DNA of 64,000 nucleotides from an uncultured Gammaproteobacteria bacterium (lineage in GTDB: Bacteria > Patescibacteriota > Patescibacteriia > UBA9934 > GWF2-40-263). Positions 38,370-47,552 of this stretch are shown one piece after another. The translations under genes and the position numbers were made by a program. The notes under the pieces were generated by a model. It saw only the letters and a program-made list of their open reading frames with translations. It made no database searches and was not told where the DNA came from. Numbering within the stretch: position 1 is the stretch's first letter; every line of letters begins with the position of its first letter. Where the stretch lies: positions 139,304 through 203,303 of the forward strand of contig CAZIDX010000001.1 in assembly GCA_964538435.1 (NCBI GenBank), given 5' to 3'.

Positions 38370-39806
38370 CTATTTTTGAGCGCGATCCATCATTTGATAT
38401 ACACCAGCGAGTTGATATGCAGCTGTCTCGATATCCTCTGGAAATGTATAACTCGCAGCATCTGACCAGTCAGCAGGCGGCTTGTTTGCTGTGTTCCTAG
38501 GCAAATCCTCTCGGTGAGAATAACCAGGGTAAGCCTCAACAACAAACGCCTTACTCGGATTTATAGTCACCCAGCTCACACCATTTGTCAGCCACCCCTC
38601 AAACGCCATTCGCAAGTGAGGTTTCTCCGGATTCGTCTGTACATGATCCACCTCTCCAGCCAAAACCATTGCTTCGAGTCCAGGAATATTTGCAATTGCA
38701 TCATCATACAAATACACAGACTCTCTCAAATCCCAATACGCCTCTGACTGCTCAACCGTAGCAATATCCTCTGGCCAACCATACTCACCAAAAATATCAT
38801 TCTCTTCCATAGCCCTTGTCACTGGCCGTGAGAAAAACCACAACTCACCATTCTCTCCACCTTGATACCCATCAAGCGGAAAATCCTCATCAAGCGAAGT
38901 CACTCCATCCACATTCGCGTCCGGTCCCTGCACACTTGTTCCATAATAGTTCCCTGTCGTGTACACCCCATCCCCATCTCCATCATGAAACACAGGGTGC
39001 CATTCTTGCTCAGGGTCGTAAGTCAGGTCGTCATAACTGACAGATAGCATAGTATCACCATATCCAGCATACCGCTCGTTGTAGTAATCATTCTTTGGAC
39101 CACCTTCCTTCACCCACACACGCCCAAAGTCCCGGTTTGCAATCTGACTCGATACAGGCGTCTCCCACTGAACAATGTAACGAAGATTCTCATCAAACTC
39201 GTCCCCATGCAGCGCTGCAGCAGCCACAGGCAAGTTCCCCCCATTTGAAACACCAATCGCTCCAATGTTGTCATGAAGCACAGGCACAGGAGACAAATCA
39301 TCAATCGTATTCCCATCCTCATCCTCGAGCTCACCCGCAGCGAACTTGATCACGTCTGCAAGCGCGCGAATGCAATCCTCTCCACGCCAGTCATACACCC
39401 CGTCTGAGCTAAACCCAGACCACTCATCTGTCACCCCTGGAAAAATGAACGTAAGCACCATCACATCATCAACAGTCGGTGGGAAGTCATGATTAATCCC
39501 TTTTTCCTCGTATCCCCCTGGCACCCACACAACAACCGGAGCACCCTCCTCGTAGCGAGGATTCTCAGGCACATACATCCGCACAGCAAGCGTTCCGCCA
39601 TCAGCACTCTCAGATGGCAATCGCAGATCAATCGCATTCTCAGCTTCTTCACGATCCTGAGAGTCATCAATCACAATATCTCGCGTTGTGTCATCGCTCA
39701 CCACACCCCCATCATCATCTGGAGCCTGTCTTGCAACAAAAAAAGCTATTCCAGCAACCACGATCACAATGATCAAAAGCGCAGATAGCCAAGATTTCTT
39801 CATCAT
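38370..39806 (-). CDS. Membrane-anchored alpha/beta-hydrolase-like protein
   Basis: N-terminal TM; PVVVWVPGG; nucleophile elbow GVSNGG; DGDGDG-like loops. Confidence 0.65.
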   Translation of the reverse strand: MMKKSWLSALLIIVIVVAGIAFFVARQAPDDDGGVVSDDTTRDIVIDDSQDREEAENAIDLRLPSESADGGTLAVRMYVPENPRYEEGAPVVVWVPGGYEEKGINHDFPPTVDDVMVLTFIFPGVTDEWSGFSSDGVYDWRGEDCIRALADVIKFAAGELEDEDGNTIDDLSPVPVLHDNIGAIGVSNGGNLPVAAAALHGDEFDENLRYIVQWETPVSSQIANRDFGRVWVKEGGPKNDYYNERYAGYGDTMLSVSYDDLTYDPEQEWHPVFHDGDGDGVYTTGNYYGTSVQGPDANVDGVTSLDEDFPLDGYQGGENGELWFFSRPVTRAMEENDIFGEYGWPEDIATVEQSEAYWDLRESVYLYDDAIANIPGLEAMVLAGEVDHVQTNPEKPHLRMAFEGWLTNGVSWVTINPSKAFVVEAYPGYSHREDLPRNTANKPPADWSDAASYTFPEDIETAAYQLAGVYQMMDRAQK

Positions 39807-40004
39807 AAAAGTTCACATTAATCTCAATGTTCCAATGGTATACCATTTGCCAAGCCAATTCTACTAGCCCTCATGTCTATCTGCCAAAAAGCTAAGAAAT
39901 AAACATTTCTTAAAAGAGAAGACACACCCCCGAAGAGGTGTGTCCGTCTGGCGTAGAGCCAGCTTGCCCGCCATAGCTCGTCAGAGCGACGGTGGGTCGC
40001 GTTG

Positions 40005-40919
40005 CTAGGCCGCGGTCGCCTGCTGACCAGCGCGTCGCTTGGCCTCGGCAGCAGTGCGTGCGAGCGCGTCATCGAGAGAACGCTCGGCCTTACGCTTACT
40101 TGCTCGGTCCTCCTCGAACTCCTCGGCCATGCTGTCGAGCTTGGCCTTGAGCTCATCCATCCGGCCTTCATCCACGCTGCTCGCGAAGATGCCGGCCAGG
40201 ATGTAGTCCAGGAACGCTGGCGTGCTACGAATCTGCGCGACCCGCTGCTCGTACTTGGCCTTCACAGCCTCGTACTCGGCACGGATCTTGACCGCGTATT
40301 CCGAATCGTCTCCTTCGTACCGCTTCACGATCTTACTCAGCTCGTGCACGGCCACTGCCAGCTTTGCTTCGTCCTCAATGTAGGACGGGAGGCAGGTGCC
40401 CACGAGCCACTCGATGCGGTCACTGATCGAACCAGCTACCATCCCGGCCTCGGGTGCGGCCTTGCGAATCTGCTCGATACCGCGACGCACAGCACCACGA
40501 ACCGAGAGCATACGCAGCCGGCGAAGCGGGGCGAACTTGAGCGAGAGCCATTTCCAGCCACGCTTGAGCAGTCCACCGGTTCCCTGCAGCGCAGCCTGAG
40601 CCGTGAAGCTCAGCACGATGACCACGAGGCCTTGTAGGAAGCTGATCAGGTCCATCCCCCACACACCGACCCCGAAGAGAATCGCAGTGATCGCGTAGAA
40701 CACGGTGGAGTAGATCCAGCCGTAGCCAGAGAACACACCGTCAGGCAGCTTGGTCTCTCCCTTGTTCTTGAGGAACAACTGAGTCGACTCGTGCACCTGC
40801 TTGATGTTGCGGAACATGAACACGGCGCCCATGAACGTTGTCAGGCCCATGAGCCCGAGGTAGAGCATGGTCTGCGTGAACGTAACCATATGCGAGAGGA
40901 AAGTGATGGTAATGTCCAT
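40005..40919 (-). CDS. GC-rich hypothetical membrane protein with coiled-coil tail
   Basis: GGAGG SD before MDITITF; 3 TM segments. Confidence 0.7.
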   Translation of the reverse strand: MDITITFLSHMVTFTQTMLYLGLMGLTTFMGAVFMFRNIKQVHESTQLFLKNKGETKLPDGVFSGYGWIYSTVFYAITAILFGVGVWGMDLISFLQGLVVIVLSFTAQAALQGTGGLLKRGWKWLSLKFAPLRRLRMLSVRGAVRRGIEQIRKAAPEAGMVAGSISDRIEWLVGTCLPSYIEDEAKLAVAVHELSKIVKRYEGDDSEYAVKIRAEYEAVKAKYEQRVAQIRSTPAFLDYILAGIFASSVDEGRMDELKAKLDSMAEEFEEDRASKRKAERSLDDALARTAAEAKRRAGQQATAA

Positions 40920-41121
40920 CTGATGCCCTCCACGGCTTGTTGTTTCAGGAAGCTTGGAAACAAGAAAAACTACCATAAAACGGTAGTTTTGTCAAGCAAT
41001 AAGTATGATATTTTACCAATAATCCGCCAATTCTAAAGAAAACTGACATTTTGAAGTTGACACTCCATCAAAAACCGCTAGAATGCCCATCTGCCCAAAC
41101 CAAGACAGGAGGTCTTCGCGC

Positions 41122-42027
41122 ATGGGACGACTCAGAGAAGAAGGAATCAAAATCCTCAAGGCACACGGAACCGATCCCACTGGATCCAATGCCATGGGGC
41201 TCATCCTGGGCACAGGCTGGTCTGATCCTGACGTGCTCAACGGACTCGGTCTCAAGATCGAAGAAGTCATTCACTTCAGCGAGGTCGGCATCGATCCTGG
41301 CACTGGCGCCGGTCATCCGAACTGCTTCCTGCTCGGCACATGGCATGGGCGAGAGGTTGTGCTCAGCCACGGTCGCGTGCACATGTACCAGGACCGCGCT
41401 GCGCGCTGCGCAAGCGAGTCCATCCTCCGCAAGTGGTTCGCGGTCTTCCTAGCTCTGATGGGAGACGGTCGCAAGATCGTGCCCACCAGCTCAGTCGGTG
41501 GTGTCGGCCACAAGACCAAGGCTGGCATGGTCGTCAAGCCGGTCGGCCTCATCTCAGCTCACCTCCCTCAGACCTACCTGGACGGCAACGCTGGCGAGTT
41601 CGTCATGGGCGAGCACCTGATCTGGGACAACCACGCCGAATTCAACATCGACCGAACGCACCTCGCCCTGCTGTTCAGGCAGGCCGCGCGTGAAGCCGAT
41701 CTCAAGCCCGACCTCTACGGTCAGCACATCGTGGTTCCTGGCCCCGGCTTCGGAGGCGCTGCCGAGCGCAACCTCTGGGACCAGTGGGGCATCAAGTCTG
41801 TGGGCATGTCCCTCGATCCCGAGCTGCGACTCCTCGCCCTCGAGATGATGACCAACGACTCGGACGAGCCCGAGTACGAGGTCCTCCCAGCCTTCATCGT
41901 CACGGACGACCACGATCTCCCCATCCACGAACAGATCCAGGCCGCAGCCAAGGCCCGTGCCCCCCAGCTCGGCCGCTTCCTCTCCCATGTCGTACGCACC
42001 GACTGGGACGCAATCACCCTGCCCTAA
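41122..42027 (+). CDS. Divergent purine nucleoside phosphorylase (PNP/MTAP family)
   Basis: LILGTG, GH, GRVHMYQ, TSSVGG, GP, VGMS..PE, VTD; AGGAGG SD. Confidence 0.8.
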   Translation: MGRLREEGIKILKAHGTDPTGSNAMGLILGTGWSDPDVLNGLGLKIEEVIHFSEVGIDPGTGAGHPNCFLLGTWHGREVVLSHGRVHMYQDRAARCASESILRKWFAVFLALMGDGRKIVPTSSVGGVGHKTKAGMVVKPVGLISAHLPQTYLDGNAGEFVMGEHLIWDNHAEFNIDRTHLALLFRQAAREADLKPDLYGQHIVVPGPGFGGAAERNLWDQWGIKSVGMSLDPELRLLALEMMTNDSDEPEYEVLPAFIVTDDHDLPIHEQIQAAAKARAPQLGRFLSHVVRTDWDAITLP

Positions 42028-42093
42028 TCGGTAGGGTTTTCTATTTCAAACAAACAGAAAACCGCCCAGACTTACGTCAAAGGCGGCGCGTAG

Positions 42094-42696
42094 CTACCAG
42101 GCCCTGTTGAACGTTCCCGTTGCAAACAGTGGCAGCTCTTCGATGTGTTCATCTAATGTGTTCAAAGGATCGTACACCCCGTCCAAAATCCACAGATCCA
42201 TGATCTGAGCCCGAACGTTTGTTGACCCAAAGTACTCCCAGTCCTCTCCTGCCTCTGCTCTGCGCACATCCCCGATCATAAGGATATCGCGAAACAGCGG
42301 CGGTGGCGATTGCATGGAACCCACGAAGGTTCCATTCTCGCACCAGAAGTGACCTCCGTTGAACGTGAAAAAGTGATCATCGGTCATGCTCGATTCGTAG
42401 GAGTCGAACACTCCTTCAGCATCGAGAAACAACTCGTCATCATCGACACGTAGGAGCAACATGCTCTCGATCTCGATCTCTGGCTCAACATCGAGCCAAC
42501 CGCTCACAGAACCATCAAAGAGTTCTGGATCGGTTGTGGTGATGAAGATCACGCGGTCAGAGTACTCAATGTCTTCACCCTGAAAGGCATCGAAAAAGCT
42601 CGTATGACACTCGGTCTGAAGCACGTCCTCAGCAAGCTCCTTGTCAACAGGCTGCACAACGCAACCCACCAACAGAAGCAGAAGACTACATCGCAC
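42094..42696 (-). CDS. Predicted lipoprotein, paralog of the upstream gene
   Basis: LLLLLVGC lipobox; shares FF..GED, WCE.G.FVG, D.W.LDG.Y with 42686-43297; GTG start is a guess. Confidence 0.65.
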   Translation of the reverse strand: MRCSLLLLLVGCVVQPVDKELAEDVLQTECHTSFFDAFQGEDIEYSDRVIFITTTDPELFDGSVSGWLDVEPEIEIESMLLLRVDDDELFLDAEGVFDSYESSMTDDHFFTFNGGHFWCENGTFVGSMQSPPPLFRDILMIGDVRRAEAGEDWEYFGSTNVRAQIMDLWILDGVYDPLNTLDEHIEELPLFATGTFNRAW

Positions 42697-43297
42697 GACT
42701 AAACTTCCCATGGGCATGACGTGACATCGTGGCCACATGTTCCTGCAGGCTCATACTCGAGCTGTACTCGCCGTCCAGGAGCCAGAAGTCACACATCTCC
42801 CACTCGCGATCCTCATCGTACGCCACCCAGAACTCTTCACGACCAACAGCCCCTCGACAGAACGCGATCAGCAGAAAGTCATGAGTCGCCAGGCTCACCT
42901 CCCCCACGAACGACCCATCCTCGCACCAGGTGTAGTTGTCGAACTCGTAGGCAGCACCAATGCCAGCGTCATAGTCGCCGAAGCTGAACCCCTCGATCGT
43001 GCCCATGGCGCTCAGATAGGTCTGATCACCATGGTAGATCCAGAGCCCGAACATCCCCTCCATGTCGAGCGTGTGATTGATGATCGCCATGTGGAAATCG
43101 TAGAAGAGCGAGGTGTCGTAACCCCGCGTCTTCCCATGAAAAACCGCTTCGTCGTAACGGGTGTAGTCCTCACCTGGAAGGTCGAAGAACTCAGCCGAAC
43201 AGGCCAGATCACTCCCCGTATCGTAGAGGAACTTATCCTCATCACGCGGCGTACAGTTGAAAAGGCAGCTTGCAGAGACAAGCAACAATGCTCGCAT
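42686..43297 (-). CDS. Predicted exported/lipoprotein, paralog of the downstream gene
   Basis: Short signal peptide with Cys; same shared motifs. Confidence 0.65.
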   Translation of the reverse strand: MRALLLVSASCLFNCTPRDEDKFLYDTGSDLACSAEFFDLPGEDYTRYDEAVFHGKTRGYDTSLFYDFHMAIINHTLDMEGMFGLWIYHGDQTYLSAMGTIEGFSFGDYDAGIGAAYEFDNYTWCEDGSFVGEVSLATHDFLLIAFCRGAVGREEFWVAYDEDREWEMCDFWLLDGEYSSSMSLQEHVATMSRHAHGKFSRAM

Positions 43298-43530
43298 GTG
43301 AACCTCATGTTCTTTTCACCACTCGTCATGAGCGGAGAAAAAATATACCAGAATCTGACGAAAAGTCAAGAAATAAAGCATGATCGCCTACGCCTGCTAT
43401 TTCATCGATGACATGAACAACGAGTGGTACTTCGACTTTTAAACCAACAAAACAAAGACAAGCACCCACCAACCCTATGCGACGGTGGGTGTTTCTTTTA
43501 TACTGTTCTTATAACAACCAATACCACTCT

Positions 43531-44667
43531 ATGTCACCACAAAGCCCAGAAGGATTGAGATCTCTCTGGAAATCAGGGAAAAAAGATGAGATTCCATTTT
43601 CAGAATCACCAAAAGAAGAAAAGATTGAATTATCTGCAATCTCCAGTCAAACCGAAGCGCAAGAACTCTTTGGTCCAGAAATTGGAGATTTGGAAAGAGC
43701 AAATTTAGTAAAATTTGATCTCATAGTTCACGGATCACAACCAGGATCAGAAACTCGTTATTCTGTTCACACAATCCTGGATGAGCTCAGTGGAAGAAAA
43801 GTTGATGGCGAAATACCTGTTGACAAGGAGATCGAACAAGGTTTCTTGTACCAACGAAATCTTCAACTTGCAGAAGAAGGAAAAGGCGTAGCAATGCAAC
43901 TTCGAGATGAACTGGAAAAACCTCCTAACGACGCTCGACGCTCTGAACTGCTACAGAAACTAAAACCCTACCTAGGTACTGAACTTAAAAAAGCCGCCTG
44001 GCTTCAAAAGGAAGTCTTCCCAAAACTGTTTGAAAGCGCGGTTGCTCAAGCAAGGGGTGATGTCATGCAATTTCTTATTGCACAAGCCAACCTTGACGAA
44101 CCTGCCCTTCAAGAAATCCGAACAGCTGCAGATAGACCTGTCCACCTGAAAGACACCCTTGTTTATGCGCTAGATAATCCAGAACACGGACAAACGGCTG
44201 GTCTTTACAAAGGATCTTCCATTGACATCCCCATCCCTTCCCACTTCTCAAAAGCCGATGAATGGAGTGTATACATAACAGCTGTGCACGAACTCTCTCA
44301 TTCAGTCTCAACCAATTCCCTCAAATTTACCGGAACCTCCCCGTTTTCAGTCACAAGCCCGGGTGGTATTGGACTAAATGAAGCCGTGACAGAACTCATG
44401 ACCTTCGCAATTGTCTCGGACCATGTCACTAAAGGGAAAAAAACTCTGGGCGGCCTTGATAAAGGAAAAACAAATATTCTCAGATCACCATATGCGGATT
44501 ACATCACTGAGGTAAGTGAGACGTTCGGAAAAATACCTCCACAGATGTATATTGACGCAGCGCTGACAACAGACGGTGTCAAGATCCTCTCTGACAAATT
44601 TGATGAAGAGTTTGGCGAAGGAGCGCTTGTTAATTTCGCAAACAAACTATCTGAACTAAGAAATTAG
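43531..44667 (+). CDS. Hypothetical protein with zincin (HExxH...NE) motif
   Basis: AVHELSH followed by GLNEAVTE. Confidence 0.65.
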   Translation: MSPQSPEGLRSLWKSGKKDEIPFSESPKEEKIELSAISSQTEAQELFGPEIGDLERANLVKFDLIVHGSQPGSETRYSVHTILDELSGRKVDGEIPVDKEIEQGFLYQRNLQLAEEGKGVAMQLRDELEKPPNDARRSELLQKLKPYLGTELKKAAWLQKEVFPKLFESAVAQARGDVMQFLIAQANLDEPALQEIRTAADRPVHLKDTLVYALDNPEHGQTAGLYKGSSIDIPIPSHFSKADEWSVYITAVHELSHSVSTNSLKFTGTSPFSVTSPGGIGLNEAVTELMTFAIVSDHVTKGKKTLGGLDKGKTNILRSPYADYITEVSETFGKIPPQMYIDAALTTDGVKILSDKFDEEFGEGALVNFANKLSELRN

Positions 44668-44720
44668 TTTCAAGACACCCAAACCAAAAACACCCCAGCT
44701 TAGCCAGGGTGTTTTTATTT

Positions 44721-45113
44721 CTATTCATCAAATGAAATTGTCTCGTCTGCATCTCCCTCAGTCTCAACAGTGAATCCACCTTTGAGCAGAGACAAGATCT
44801 CATCAACCTTCTCCTCAATCCGCTTGAGATCCTTTTTCACATCAGGACCGGCTGCTGGTCGTCGATCGAATGAAGGCTTGTTGAAAGACCGACCGCCTGA
44901 CGATCGGCGATCTCCTCCTCCAAAACAATCTCGACAAAGTACCGGCTTGCTCCCGTTTGGTCGAAACGGAACTGTGCAATCATTTCCACAATCAGCACAA
45001 CGCGTCTTGTAATTAATCTTTTGATCAGAACCCTTGTTCCAATCTGACCCACCACGGCGTGAACCACCACGGCTCTGGCCACCTTGTTTGTGGCCTCGCT
45101 TGAAATATCCCAT
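44721..45113 (-). CDS. CxxC-x17-CxxC domain protein
   Basis: CADCGNDCTVPFRPNGSKPVLCRDCF flanked by RGG-rich segments. Confidence 0.9.
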   Translation of the reverse strand: MGYFKRGHKQGGQSRGGSRRGGSDWNKGSDQKINYKTRCADCGNDCTVPFRPNGSKPVLCRDCFGGGDRRSSGGRSFNKPSFDRRPAAGPDVKKDLKRIEEKVDEILSLLKGGFTVETEGDADETISFDE

Positions 45114-45279
45114 AAGTGTTTTAAGCAGGAAGTACTTCGCTGATACAACCCATGGTCTCTTTTGAGATCAAGCGAATGTGCCGACTAGATAAGTCCTGTA
45201 AGAATAACCGCTGAAAACTATCTGATTTCCAACATTCTGTCAAGGAACCAAAAACACCCTCTTTGCGAGGATGCTTCTT

Positions 45280-45660
45280 TTATCGAACGAGTTTCTTCAA
45301 ATGCTTGTTGATCTGCTTTTCAATTTCTGGATACACAACCGTCTCATGATGCTCGAGCCACAAATCTCCAGTAAGCGATCGATCAGGTCCAACTGTAAGC
45401 GTATCATCGATGCTGAGGCAAATGACTTGTTTCTTCGAAAGATTCACCTTTTTCTCAACCTCGACCTGGATATCCGCATGCATACAAATGATCGTATCTG
45501 CATGCTTAATCCTTAGTCTTGTGCTTTGATTCTTCAAATGCATTCCCACAGCATAAGACTTAATACCCTTTGTTAACAGGTATTCTTTCAGATATCGGCC
45601 TAGATTCATTCCATGCGTTCCGACGATGGTAATTGTTGGAGTACTTCTTGGATAAGACAT
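45280..45660 (-). CDS. Hypothetical protein, low-molecular-weight PTP-like fold
   Basis: TITIVGTHGMN...SYAVG...ADTIICM...LSIDD. Confidence 0.5.
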   Translation of the reverse strand: MSYPRSTPTITIVGTHGMNLGRYLKEYLLTKGIKSYAVGMHLKNQSTRLRIKHADTIICMHADIQVEVEKKVNLSKKQVICLSIDDTLTVGPDRSLTGDLWLEHHETVVYPEIEKQINKHLKKLVR

Positions 45661-45724
45661 GGTCTAAGCCTGCCAGATTGTCAAGATTTTGTCAAGAAAA
45701 CACCCCTTTTTTGCGCTCATTTAC

Positions 45725-47398
45725 CTATTCAAATCCGTCATTCACCCACTGTGCCGCATTCTCAAGAAGAAAGTTAGTTTCACTTAGAAACTCGGGATGT
45801 AGCGCAAACAAAACCGTCTTTCCTTCCCCATACTCACTGGTCACGATTGCACCTTCACCACTAGCGGAATATGAACCATCAAAATCCACCGTATACGTTG
45901 CAAGGACCTGCGCATCACCACTCACCTCAAATACTGGGCCACCACGATACGCCATGGTCATAAGATCTCCAGATACATAATCACCCAAGATCTCATGCTC
46001 CACAACAATCATTAGATCTGGGTTATAACTGCCTCCTATATAGCTTGTCCAGCCTGTGTCGTAAATTGCAGTCACACCAAGCCCAACCCCAAGCATGTTA
46101 AAACTTAGACTGTAGTAATCAAGAAGCGTCATGCTCTGAGCCCCAGCAATTGCACCACCGCACACCCCAATGAACCCACCACCATCGCTTACAAACGACT
46201 GCACAGCAGATTGAATAGCACTATTACCCATTACTTCTGTAACTGCATCTTCTCCACCTGGATAAACAAGCAAATCGTAATCATCAACGGAAATTCCTGC
46301 CTCAACTTGTGAACGAGAAAGTCGAGTCACAGAGTATCCTTCATTATTCAAAATACTCTCGATCGGTGCCACACCACTGCTAGATGTTTCTACAAGCGCA
46401 ACTGAATACAAACTTGCATCATACTCTGGCTCAGGTTCTGGCTCAGGTTCTGGGACAACAACAAGCGCCCCAAGCGCAAGCCATGAAACAGTCTCTGCTG
46501 CATGCACATTGTCCCAACCAGCATGCGTGAGCTCTTCAAGCTGTGCTGTGAACCCACTCGTAGTTACATCTTTGATATCTACACGGACAGTATCAGACTC
46601 ATTCTCGCTTTGAAGACTCACCAACACATTTGGCACCTCCTCATACACCTCACCACAATCCTCAGCAAAGCAAACTGTTGCCCAAACATGATCAAGACTC
46701 ACATCATTTGTCAGTATTCCATAAGCAGACAAATCAACGACTGGATCGATTGCAAGATATGCAACATCCTCATACGTATGCCAGGTATCCCAACCACTCA
46801 TATCAGGACCAGGATCTTCTTCAAGTCGAAGCGTTGCCCCACCCTCGCTCAAAGCAAGCAAATCAGCACGGACTGTATGTCCCCCGTTCTCGGTCTGAAC
46901 CTCGAAGAACATTCGCGGATCCGAGCTAAAACTCTCCACAAAACTCAAACTGCTTGAATCAGACCAAGAGGCTTGTCTAAAATTTGTTATTCCAACCTCA
47001 ACACCAACACCCCCAGGAACCTGACTAGGATCTACAGCAAACCAGCTCACATCTTCATAATAATGCCACCCATCAAGCCAATTCTTTTGTTTGCCTTTAT
47101 CCTCCTCAAGACGAATCTCAAAACTTGTTGTGCTCACATTTCGAATATCCACCTGGACATCCTGACCCCCGTTCTCAGTCTGTATTTCTGCAAACACTAC
47201 TGGAATTGCATCAAAAACATCATCAAACTCAACATTTACCCAACCATGCCTCACGTTCACCACTCCCGTCTGAGAAAAAACAGTTTCAGGATCGACATCA
47301 TTAATCTCGGCTGATGCAATGCCAGTTGTTTGTGCAAAAACAAACACAAACAAAAACGCCATATTCACATACCGCGATATTTTACTTTTTGCCCTCAT
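45725..47398 (-). CDS. Secreted protein: three lectin-like beta repeats, PE linker, BPL_N/GATase1-like domain
   Basis: Signal peptide; 3x (F..P.VF.E.QTENG...LEE...H..E.V.W); YPGG, GGGFIGVCGGA, HPE. Confidence 0.7.
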   Translation of the reverse strand: MRAKSKISRYVNMAFLFVFVFAQTTGIASAEINDVDPETVFSQTGVVNVRHGWVNVEFDDVFDAIPVVFAEIQTENGGQDVQVDIRNVSTTSFEIRLEEDKGKQKNWLDGWHYYEDVSWFAVDPSQVPGGVGVEVGITNFRQASWSDSSSLSFVESFSSDPRMFFEVQTENGGHTVRADLLALSEGGATLRLEEDPGPDMSGWDTWHTYEDVAYLAIDPVVDLSAYGILTNDVSLDHVWATVCFAEDCGEVYEEVPNVLVSLQSENESDTVRVDIKDVTTSGFTAQLEELTHAGWDNVHAAETVSWLALGALVVVPEPEPEPEPEYDASLYSVALVETSSSGVAPIESILNNEGYSVTRLSRSQVEAGISVDDYDLLVYPGGEDAVTEVMGNSAIQSAVQSFVSDGGGFIGVCGGAIAGAQSMTLLDYYSLSFNMLGVGLGVTAIYDTGWTSYIGGSYNPDLMIVVEHEILGDYVSGDLMTMAYRGGPVFEVSGDAQVLATYTVDFDGSYSASGEGAIVTSEYGEGKTVLFALHPEFLSETNFLLENAAQWVNDGFE

Positions 47399-47552
47399 AT
47401 CATTTGTTGAAAATACTTAGTTTCCTTTATCTTACCCAATTCAAGCACCAAAACTTATCCACAAATAGAATATAACCAAAAAACTCACAATCACACTTTT
47501 GCAATCAAACTCAACCTGATAACATGCGCAGAGCTTATCAAAGACAAAAACT

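Noticed and set aside
47455-47463. DnaA box TTATCCACA as a replication origin
   Set aside because: Isolated box (one other at 13952); no cluster, no dnaA/dnaN nearby and no visible skew switch.
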